From Antedon mediterranea (Eukaryota > Animalia > Echinodermata), in NCBI RefSeq assembly GCF_964355755.1, contig NC_092677.1, positions 19,862,101 to 19,926,100 on the forward strand: DNA of 64,000 nucleotides. Reading direction: 5' to 3'. Position 1 is the stretch's first letter, and each line of letters starts with the position of its first letter. Positions 37,760-48,701 of this stretch are shown here, in pieces. The notes beneath the pieces are model-generated. The model was given only the letters and a program-made list of their open reading frames with translations. It made no database searches and was not told where the DNA came from. The position numbers and the translations under genes were made by a program.

Positions 37760-40700
37760 GGTGGAGCAACCAAATATTGACATCGAAAAAACGGAGCAAC
37801 ATGTGTTGACTCCAGTCGTGTTTAAACATTTTAATGAGGTAGGCAGTGCAACCAGATGTTGACACCGAAAAACCTATAGAAACAATCTACATTATTCTTC
37901 CCGGAGCAACATGTGTTGACTCCAGAACGCGTTTGAGAATTGAGTTTTATAAAAGGTGCAATTATGTTGACACTAAAAATATAGAAACAACCTACGTTAG
38001 TCTACCTGGAGTGTAGACTCAGATTGAACATAATATGTTCAATCGGAGTATACACTCCAGGTAGACTGATGATTATAATTGGCGGTGCAATCTACGCTGT
38101 CACCGAAAGAAAACACAAATAAAATAAGTAAAACGATAAACTGTAAAAATAAGTATCAAACTTTGTTTAAGCTTGACGCTTAAGACCCAGTCATGCTTAG
38201 GAGCATACCAACCAGCCAGTACCCATGTTTACAACGCTGTATTTGTTATGTGGATCGGTCTGATGTTCGGCTTGAAAGCGCTACTCGACCATTTTCCAAA
38301 AGTCATATGTCTTGGTGAGATTGTCAAAGTTGGTGAAGGTCGGTAGCACGACCGATTCTGAAAGGATGAGTGTTAAACTGTGTATGTTCTAGACTAGCAT
38401 GGTGAGCTAATTGTTTAAGCGTCGAGGAAAACATTTTCCTATTCACAGGTGTTCCATTTTCAAGCAAGAAGAACAGGTCTGCCCTCAGTGGTCGCATCTT
38501 GACGTAGCGTTGCAATGCTTTCACTGGGTATATTGGGCTTCCGGGTTGTTGGTGCAAGACGAAAGGAGGTGAGGAACGCTTAGAGTGTTTGAAATCAGTT
38601 AGCATTATATTAGTGTGTGTTCTGCGGCCTTGTAGACTACTGCTTAGCTGGCTCTGAGGCATGAAAAGTAACAGATTATGAACAAGGCTCTGTAGAGAAT
38701 GGATTCGTATTTGGATTTCATGCTGCCTCACTTGTCCAATTAGCGTTGCAAGGATATCGGAGGTGATCGGCAGATCGGTTTGGATAGAGAGTTCGTTTTT
38801 TGTTTTCGCTACTCCTCTGCATAAAATGCCGACTGCTGAATTTGTGTTAGGATCTTCCATAAATGATACCCTGTGCACGAATGACACTGCGCTAAGGTAG
38901 TTTCGAATCGTGGAGATAGCCAGTGCATTTTTAGTCAGCTTATAACGCAGGTGGCAAATTGTAGCTTTTCAATAAGAGATTGGAGGGCTCTCAATGTAGT
39001 TGAGTGAAGTGTGTGAGGAAGTTTTGAACTTCAAAGGGAGTAACGTAATTTTATTTTCTCAGATGGAAGCCTGTCTTACATTTTCTGTAAATCAAGTTCA
39101 ATACCAAGGAAAGAAATGGTGGTGGTGGGTGAAATTGTTTTATGCGGTGCTAGAGGTATGCCAACGCGGTCAGCAAGCGCCTTGGATATCTTCAAGGAGT
39201 TCGCACACAGTTGGTGTGTGTCTTCAATGACGAGGATGTCGTCTAATATTTTCACGTTATTGGGTTGTTGTAACTTTTTTGTAAGGATATATTTCACTCC
39301 GTCAGAAAACTTATTGAATATTTGACACGAAGATACGCCGGCTTGGGGAAGCGTTTTATCGTATAGTAATACTGGACTTACCACGTGAAACCTGTGAGGT
39401 GGTATTGAGTGGGATGTAAATGTATTAGTCTGTATGTGTCACTGGTGTCCGTCTTAGCCATGAATGCCGGGTGATTGTATTTGTCTATTATGTCAATTGC
39501 GTTGGCAATTGTTTCGTAATGAACTGTTATGCAAAACCCAGGGATGTTTTAATTGACAGCGTTTGAATCGTAGGGATAGGAGAGGTTGTGGAGGATACGA
39601 CATTTTTCAGGTACGGAATTTCCGGAAGGTTGTTGATGATAGCTTGGGAGTTAGTTGCTGTAAAAGCCATGAGCGAAACATTGGGTTAAGTAAGCGTGGT
39701 GTTTGTAACCAGATAGGAGTGCGCTTATTCCAGTGGGAATTATTGGGATCCCGAGCACTGAAAAACGAGTGGTGATACTGACAGTTTGTCTGGACACATC
39801 TAGTGGTCTGTTATGGTAGGAGATACAGAAGCCGAGTGGACGCTTCACGGTTGGATGGGTTAGAGGTTTATGGTGAGCTCGTTGCGTCTAGTTTATGGAG
39901 GAGGTCGGCTCGAACCGATGACCAAGAGCAAAGTGTGTACTCCCTAGCCATTCCAAATTGTCAGTCGTAAAAGTACCATTAATTTATGTGACTGCGCATG
40001 AGGTCTTTAATATACTTAAAATAAGTAAAGATGTCCTGCGTGTATTTACTTAAATAAAATTGTGGCAAAGTCGTGAAAGGCCTAGTGCCAGTTGTGTTCG
40101 TTTAAGATGCAGCATTTGGGCTTAGGCACAAGTTCAAAGGTACCAGTGAACGTTAGCGTCAAAGCTTCCGCTGCGCTGTTGAAGTCGAGCAGATTGTGCA
40201 GCTCGATGAATTTGTGGGAGATTATTTTCTCTTTAAGTTTTTGACAAGGTTTGAGGAAGAGAGCTGCCGGTAGGTTCGTCGTGATTGTTCGGCTTACCGA
40301 CATTAATCTCAGCCACAGAAGTTACCAGGGTTTCGACGATATGCCTCATGTCCTTTAATTCTTTATTTATGTCAAGTTCAGGTACTGGCACGGTTCTTTT
40401 TTGGTGCCGTATTTTTTACCTCTTGTTAGTTCTTTTCCGTCCTGACATGGTGTATCTGTAAGAAAATCTAGTGTGCAATTAAGACGGAAAGAAAAATGTG
40501 TGTGGACAGATATCATCAAGTTGCAGGAGAAAAGGGCCCTGCAACCATGTTAATGGAGTGAATAAAAGATTGGAAACAATGAGTCAGCATTGGGGTAGTG
40601 ATTGAACCAGCATGAGTCATTTAATGAAATGCTGTACTTAGAGGAGGGTGATAAGACACCGCCGTATGGGGTGATAGTAGGGGGACCAGCATGAGTCATA

Positions 40701-41600
40701 TAATGAATGCTGTACTTAAGAGGATGAATGATAAAACACCGCCGTATGTCGGCGTATGAACCAGCATAAGTAATTTATGTGGTGGTAGTATGGGAACCAG
40801 CATAAGTCATATAATGAATGCTGTACTTGGGGAACCAGCATGAGTCATAAGATGAATGCTGTACTAACTATAAACCATTCAGATGTGTGCAAAATATTTG
40901 CCAGTTTAGCGTAGCATCAAGAAAGAAAAACAACAAGTTATTACTTATTTCTTTTGAATGTAAAACAATGGGAAAATAATGTCGATTAAGCATAAATGGT
41001 GTCAACAGTGTATTGCCTGGCATTTTGTTTTGTTTATTCTGTTTAATTATGTATTTATTTTCCTCTAAAATCTGGTTCCGGATTGTCCACAGTGACTGCA
41101 GTAGTAACAGATAATAATATTGTTATTTAATGGCATAAGTTGGCATAAGAGGCTCCGTGCATTAAAGCAGACCTTACTTTTTAACTAGGTCATTCGATCC
41201 GAGGTCGATTATCAAAATATTTGGCTTGAATGTTGCCACTTGATTTACAAAATTAGTTAGGTCGTTTATCTTTAGGCCGGGTACCCCCCAAAGAACAGTA
41301 TTATCATAGTGATGGCTGATTCGGAAGTCAGACAAAGGTCGATGTGAACCAAGTATGGAGTCGGACGAATTACCCAAGCCGTGATGGAAAGCGAGGCTTT
41401 CGCTCAAACCGGAAACGAATGAGTTGAGCCTAGGACACAACCAGACAACATAATTACAGTAAAGTACGAAAAATCGAACAAAATAGGGGTAAGATAAGGT
41501 GTTAGATAAATTCCAGTCAAAGTATATTGTGTGAGTACACACAGCCTATAAGTGTATGAGGATAAAATGAACTGGTAAATGTAAGTTAAAATTATTTTAC
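37760..41600 (-). mobile_element. Decayed DIRS/Ngaro-type tyrosine-recombinase retrotransposon (gag, RT, YR, SGNH-like fragment)
   Basis: gag-like KLKEKIISHKFIELHNLL (40082-40450); RT MAKTD/SSCQIFNKFS/ILDD/FLGIELD (39076-39600); YR KHSK, PVKALQRY, HPFRIGRAT (38324-38887); SGNH-like IIDLGSNDL (41174-41400). Confidence 0.8.
37998..38068. repeat. 71-bp palindrome, Academ-like mini element
   Basis: TAGTCTACCTGGAGTGTAGACTCAGATTGAACATA-A-inverted copy; arms match 32/35. Confidence 0.7.
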
Positions 41601-41841
41601 TTAGCCAAAAACTGGCGTGGTAAATTAATACTATCAATGGCCCTAATGATACTGTTTCCCTTTTAGATGATCTTTGTACTCTCTTCAGATGGACCACCAC
41701 CTGGAAGCTGAGTTTAAATTTACCAAAATGTAAAATAATGACGATTACTAAGAAAAGACAATTTATCCAATATGAATACAGCATTAATAATTTTCTGGAA
41801 AGAATTGCCGTCAAAAAGATCTTGGTTTTATTATCGACTGT

Positions 41842-44800
41842 CTACCTACCTTGTCTACCTTGTCATCTGCCAATTGGCAGGTCCATGACAGTCATTTTCT
41901 TCCACTCTTCTCTTAATGCTTTGTCCTTTAGTTGGTAATATTTGTTTCCATTTTTAAGTCTATCCATTAGCATTTTTCTTTTCCTTCCTCTACCTGCTTT
42001 TCCATCGTATCTACCCTCCATCACTATTTTCAATAATCCTCCATTTCTAATACTGTGACCAATCCATTTCTTCTGCTGTTCATTAATGCGTTTCATTAGT
42101 TGTCTTTCTTCTCTTATTTCATTCAAAATGTCATCATTCCTTCTGTGCTCTGTGTATTGAATTTTTAGCATTTTTCTCCAACACCACATTTCAAATGCAT
42201 CTATTCTGTTTATTTCCTCTTTTTTTAATGTCCATGTTTCGCTTCCATATAATGCAACACTCCATACTAATGCTTTAACCGTTTCTTTTCTTGTTTCAAA
42301 TACTTCCTTTACTTGTTAATAATTTCCTGTTTGTTAGGAATTTCCCTTTTGCCATTCCTATTCTCCTTAGAATCTCACTCTTACATCTTCCATCTGTTGT
42401 TATTTTTGTTCCCAGGTAGCAAAAGGAATCAACTTGTTCAATAATTTCTCCATCAACATATATTTCCATTTGTACATTTGCTCTTTTTGTAATGCACATT
42501 ACTTTAGTTTTTATGGTGTTTATCTTCATTCCATATTCTTTCCCTGCTTCATTAATTTTCGTTAATATTCTTTGGAGACAGACATTAGAGTTATCCATCA
42601 CAGCCTTATCATCAGCAAACCGTACAGTTGAGATTCTGTAACCACCAACTTTTACTCCATCACTACAGTCTGTAAGTGCTTCTGAAAGTAGAAATTCTTC
42701 GTAAATGTTGTAGAAGTTAGTTGACAGTATTCCTCCTTGTCGGACACCTCTACCTATCTGTGCTGGTTCAGATAACTGCCCGTCTATTATAATTGATGCA
42801 GATTGATTGATACAGCTCCCATATTAACCGTCTGTCCCGATAGTCAACACCAATTCTATACAAGATGTCCCTCAATTTGATCCAATTAATCCTGTCGAAT
42901 GCTTTTTCATAATCCACAAAGCATATATACAATTCGTTACCATATTCTAGGGATTTTTCTCCCATCACCCTCAGCACAGCAATCGCATATCTGGTGCTTC
43001 TTCCTTTTACAAAACCAAATTGATCCTTTCCAATATACTCTGCAAGTTTTGATGCCAATCTGTCTGATCATATAATATCAACATAATGTTAATTTTTTCT
43101 GTAATATTTTCTTCTAAAAAAATTAGAATTTCTATTTTCTTTGCAGGCTTCTCGTGTAAGATATTACTCATGCATTGTTTGAATTTGTTTTTCTTGGCTT
43201 CGTAATTTCTCATCTTTTCTTTTTATAATTTATTTGCAATCCTACCTCCCCTGCTTCCTCTCTGTGTTTTATTTCCTCTCTTAGATTCGAGAACTTATCT
43301 CTCTCTGCTTTAGATCTGTCTCTTGATAAACCCTTCTTATTCTCTTGTCTGTAAAATCTCAAAACCGCTTCCATCTCATGCACATCATAAAACACAACTT
43401 TAATCGGTCTGTTCTTTCCGTCTTGCCTTTTACCTATTCTTAAAATCATTCTTATTTTTGTGGTTCCGATTACATAATCTGCTCTCTTAAAAAGTTCTTG
43501 AACTCTCTGCCAGTCTTCTTCTTTCCTTTGTATTCCACTTTCCTCTTTTGACTCATTTATGTCATGTATAATTATATTAGTTTTCCTCCTCTCCTTATCC
43601 TCAAGTTCTTTTACGCTTTCTTCTATCTTTTTTTTCAACTATTTGTTCAAACTTTCTATCACTCTTCTTTATCTCTTCCAATACTATCTGGTTAGAAGTC
43701 TGTTCTTGGTCTTTCTGTTTTTTCTCAAGTTTGTTCATTCTTTTTAGTCGCGTGGAAGCGACTCTATAGTTCACTATGTCGGTCGGTCGGTCTGTCTGTC
43801 GGTCTGTCTGTCGGTCCGGTATCACTATGCGTTTTATCGCTTTATGACCTTATCTTGATATCAGTTTAATCTAGCTAAGTCAATTTTTCACAGAATATTC
43901 CTTATGGCCAGGAATCGATGTGGTTATGTTTTCACGGTGCGCAATAAAAAATTACGCGGTCTACGCACGATTTAACAAAATCACGTTTGTAATCATATCT
44001 TAACAACCATGAATCACAATTAAATAAAATTTGGTACTCATAAATTTCAGGGCATAAATCATCCTATGGCAATACAATTACGTGCGTAGCGCATGTAACG
44101 CATGCGTACGCGCGCTTAAAATTTTCAAAATTTATTTTCGATGAAATAAGAGTACGTTTCAGGCAATTTTAAGCGTTTACAAAATTGCCATGAGTGCGCA
44201 GATTTTTGCGCGCGCACTGCGCGTTAAATGTTATTGCGCACTCTTTTTGCCCGATTTATGTTTTCTTGACTTACTTTTCAACTCGAAATTACGTTATACG
44301 AGCACGTCAAAAGTGACAGGCTACGCACGTGTAAATTTAAAAAATATAAATGTTTTTAAACATTTCAACATTTTTAAACATGTTCAGTAATTTCGGTCAG
44401 TATAGTTCACTATGTCGGTCCGATTGTCTGTCGGTCTGTCTGTCTGTCGGTCTGTTTGTCTGTCGGTCCGGTATCACTATGCATTGTAGCACGCGACTTA
44501 ATGGCTGTTGGCCTTGTTTCTATTTCCTTTACTTCCTCACAAGTGTGTTTACTGTCATCTATCATATTTTGTACCTTCGTCATTCTTTCCTCTATTTCAG
44601 TCATACGTTTTTCGCTGTTCATTTTTAAATTATTTATTTTGTTCCAAGTCTTTGTTCTTTGTAATAAGTTTTTCTTCCATTTCTTCAATTCTATCTAGTA
44701 TGGTACTACTGTACCCCATGATACCTAGTACTAGTACTGCTCTTTGGCCTGGGACGTTTGGGTTTTGGTGCAGTATGTCTACCATCCCGATCCTCAGGAA

Positions 44801-44968
44801 TATCATTAGTATCCTCCGACATAAGCTGTGGTTTTGATCTACTATCCATAAAATGTTGTATATTCTTCTGTGCCATACCTTGTTGTTGATTTGTAAAGCT
44901 TGAACGCAATTTCAAACACAGGCCGAAAAACTCACGAGCATCAAAATAAAATGTGTTAGGTAGCCTAG
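41842..44968 (-). mobile_element. RTE-like LINE with ORF1, internally deleted (endonuclease missing)
   Basis: 11-bp TSD TTATCGACTGT (41831-41841, 44969-44979); (CAAGGTAGA)n 3' tail; RT QFGF..GRST, FVDYEKAFD, GVRQG, FADD, FEMWCWRKML; ORF1 ERRKTNIIIH. Confidence 0.85.
43743..44519 (+). mobile_element. HINE/DINE-like Helentron derivative, copy 3, in ORF1 of the RTE-like element
   Basis: Near-identical to 30297-31131, inserted in a T-run. Confidence 0.88.
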
Positions 44969-45699
44969 TTATCGACTGTAACTAATTTTATTCCTCAAGT
45001 TGATGCTGCTGTTAGCAAAGCAAATAGAATGTTGGGCATGATTCGTCAAAATTGCTGGTGTTTTAAAAATTCTAATACTTTAATTCATTTATATGTTTAT
45101 CTTGTCCGTCCCCATCTTGAATACTGTAGTGCTGTGTCTAATTCGTTTTCGTCTATTCATAGTACCCGTCTTCAAAGAGTCCAAGATCGTTTTGTACGTT
45201 TTGTGTATTCTACTTGTCATTGCCCTCCTTTATCTATCTCTCCCTTCTCTTGTCTCTCGTCGTTCCATGTTTGATTTTCAGTTTTTGTATAAGTGTATGA
45301 ATTCTCGTTTCAATTGTAATTTTATCTCCTTGTTTTCCTTTCATGTTAAAGCTGTTGGTTGTCGTACTCGTAATTCTAAATGTAATCTCCTTTATGTACC
45401 GTATTGCCGTGTTAATGTTACCAAGAATGGATTTATCTCGCGTATTTGTCTTCTTTTTAATAATTGTGTTGTTAAAGATAATTCTATTGATCTCTTTTTT
45501 GACCATTATAATTGTTTTTGTAATAAAATTAGTAAGATTGTATAACTTTGTTTTGTATAGGTCTTAAGATATATATAAACACCTTAGGCAATGAACATTA
45601 ATTCGAAACCGCCCGGTGATATATTGAAATATATATTTTATTCCATTCTGTAAGTGGCGGGTTTCCCGATGTTGAATGAGATTGTAAATAAATAAATAA

Positions 45700-46040
45700 A
45701 TAGATATCTCAGCATAATTTAGAGTCTTATCTAAATGTAACAATAAGTTTGATTGTCTCATTAAGGAGATGCTGTGGATCAAAGAGTTAAAACCTACACT
45801 CAATAAACAATCGGATTCCATCAAAGCTAAATTGTTTATCTAACTCAGTAGGAGGAGCTAATTACTTAATTAGCCCTCAATTAGCATTTCCTGTCACCAA
45901 CTTTGGTGCTTAGTGCACATAATTATTATTGTTTTGTATTAACTTGATCTTGAAAATGGTTCTATGATGGTACCGAAACGTCAATCTCTCTTTTTGTCAT
46001 TACATTTTATATTGAAATTATAGTAAACGTCTTTTAATTT
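45700..46040 (+). mobile_element. Penelope-like GIY-YIG C-terminus with degenerate hammerhead-like motif
   Basis: FDCLIKEMLWIKELKPTLNKQSDSIKAKLFI*; CTTGAAAATGGT...ACCGAAACGTC at 45949-45982. Confidence 0.7.
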
Positions 46041-48585
46041 GTATAGTATAGTACAGTACTGTACTGTACTGTCTGTATGTATGTATGTAGCCCTATGTAT
46101 GTATGTCATATATAGGCCTACTGTATATATTATAATAATAACAGACTACACTTTGGAGGGTCTTAAAATGCTGCCTCCAACTAGACTTAGTGGCCGTATA
46201 CCAATAACACTTTAAAAGTGATGTACTGTATATTTCCCTTAAATTGTATTCATTTAGGGAAACACTTATATTTAAAAAACTCCTATGGTGAATACAGTCA
46301 TCATGGAACCTAACATATGGGCCAACTATCAGGTAGAGATCAGTATGTGGTCCAAATGAATCGGGTCGTTTGGAAGCTCCTAACACAATTGTCAGTTTGG
46401 ATCTTGTTACATGTGTATGTATACTAAAGAGCATGGAAGCACGGAAAGCATGCATGTGTGGTTTTGATTCAACCGTTAGCTGGGCATAAGGCATTCAGTG
46501 CTAGAAGAAATACCCACCCCAGAGCGTTTACCTCTTCCCATCCCAGAAAAATTACTACTTGTGTTATTAATTATGGTGACTGAGAGATTGGAATGTTCCA
46601 TTCATCGTCAAGCAATACGTTTGTATAAAGATATATTAAATCTATTATGGTTTGTCTTCAACATTATGATTCCAGAACTGTTTAACCGGTTTTCAGATAT
46701 TAAAAACAATTATCGTAGAAGGAGATATGTAAATGCGAGGCATCCTCTATTATTTTGTGCGGGTATTTTGCAGCACCATTAGACAGTTATACCACGATCG
46801 GAACATCGTTGAAGCTAAGTTTGTGTTAATTGTCAATAACTAATTAGCTAACTCAACTTAATTAGTGAACAGGGTTGCATTAGGATTCTAAAAGTAATGC
46901 GCGATTTACCGAATAGTCAAATCTGCACCGGAGACACGAAGTGTAAACGGTTTTTGTGGTTCAACACCGAGCTGTTAAAGGTCATTGACGTGAAAATGTA
47001 ACATGTTGTCACAGAAATACAATATATTATGCAAACAAAATAGGTTTTTTGCTTAAAATACACCTTTTCTTGCTTAAAATAATAATTGTACGATATATTG
47101 TGCTGTTCGTTATTTTCTTTTGAAGGCACAAACAAATTTGTGATTTTTCTTTTCTGCTGAAAATATTGAAATTGTTCGTGTGCATTTTACCTTACCAGAA
47201 AGCCTAAAATAAATATTGGTGTAACTCTACCTGGCCGATTTTTATGTTGGCATAATTATTGAAAAAAGTGAAAAATATATATAATAATGACGTCTCAATG
47301 GATGAAAATTATATCTTTTTTAGGAACTGAAAAAGTACCATATAATAATTTTCCTTCATTGATACATTGTTATGCTAATTAAAAAATACATTTTTATTTT
47401 AAATATTTACCGTACCCTACCCTATTTGTACGCCAACCTAACAATTTAAGGCCTATTTAATGTACGTACAGTCTACAAGGCGGAAATGCAGTCATTTTAA
47501 AAAGAAAAATAATTGTTAGGCCCTAATTTTTAAAATAATAAATGATAATCTTAATAGCCACAAAGAAGATATTACATTCAAAATTAAATAAATTGTGTGT
47601 AAATTCGGATTATTATGTTTTTATATGAGATTTGTCGATATGTTCCAGTGTTTAAACGTTTAAACCATAGTCAGTTAAGTTCCACGTGTGCGCTTTGCAA
47701 TAGTGATTTGATTGACAGCACCGGGGTGATCGATGTAGTGTAAATGGGCGCAACTCAAGTTTATCTCGCAGTTTTTTTGGGTAGTGTAAATGGAAATTGC
47801 CTCCGAGTTCAACTCGTGTTCCTCTCTCAGTCGATAGTGTAAAAAGGGTACGAGTGACCACCTTTTTTTAACAAAAAATTTGTTTTTTTGTATGGTAAAT
47901 TACCTCCTGTAAGCGGCCAACCGAAAAATTTGTATTGACTTTTGACAAAAAAAAAATAATTTTAATTTTGCTTTATTATTAGCTTTATTTTAAAGCTTTT
48001 GTGCAAAATCGATTTTTTGTATTTATTAGGCGTTTGATTGAATAATATTTCATTCTTTTTTATTATTCTTGCATATATCCACTACTAGAAAGTAAATAAA
48101 TAGATAAATACTAGTAGGCCTATACTGACATTTAGGCCTGCTGTTGTTTTCGGGGTTTTTGTATTGATTTTGCAATTACTGTATATTATTATAACTTACC
48201 GAGATATTTTAAATCCTGTCTGTTGTAACTTCAATCACATATATTTTAGATTTACATTTAATTTATTTTAGGCAATGATAATGATTTATTTGATATTACT
48301 AAATCTCTAATTTACAAATTCTGTAAGTCATGTCAAAACTTCTTTGTGGATTTGAAACTCTTTAAACTGTTCGAAGTGCCAACCTAGATAACAGTGACCA
48401 TGATCACCTTTTTGTATTTTTTAGTTTATCAAATAAAAAACAATAAGTTTATCATAAACAATATATAGTCATATAAGTTCGGGTATGTCCTGGACTAAGT
48501 AAGTAAGTAGTAAATAAAAAAAAATGCACTTTAACTATTTCAATAGTTTAATTGTATATGCCTAAATAAACAGAGAAATCAACCA

Positions 48586-48701
48586 TCATTCTTGTGGTCT
48601 ATACCTATCTAAGTATTTTAATGGCTTCTTGTGTGGCCACTTTACTTGTGGTGCAATGTAAAGTGGTGGTGGGTGATACTCAAAAGACGGTTCCCTCATT
48701 T
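48586..48701 (-). CDS. MRPL38: MRPL38 last coding exon ([12 protein letters not shown]...YLDRYRPQE*)
   Basis: CAG acceptor, TGA at 48588-48586. Confidence 0.93.

Larger units (their letters stand above)
41620..45700 (+). mobile_element. CR1/L2-type LINE 3' fragment split by the RTE-like element (segments 41620-41841 and 44969-45700)
   Basis: W.LSLN..KCKIM, KDLGFIID| then KANRMLGMI, LVRPHLEYCS, LQRVQDRF; (AAAT)n tail. Confidence 0.75.

Noticed and set aside
38324-38887. Phage integrase or bacterial horizontal transfer
   Set aside because: The tyrosine recombinase is collinear with DIRS-type gag and RT remnants and is frameshifted, so it is a eukaryotic YR retrotransposon
40600-40870. Repeat-spacer pattern resembling CRISPR
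   Set aside because: Spacers are irregular in length and partly duplicated; the array lies in a retroelement leader
23012-44390. Recurring ORF MSAQIFARAL... in three places, suggesting a gene family
   Set aside because: It is a chance frame inside three copies of the same non-coding HINE
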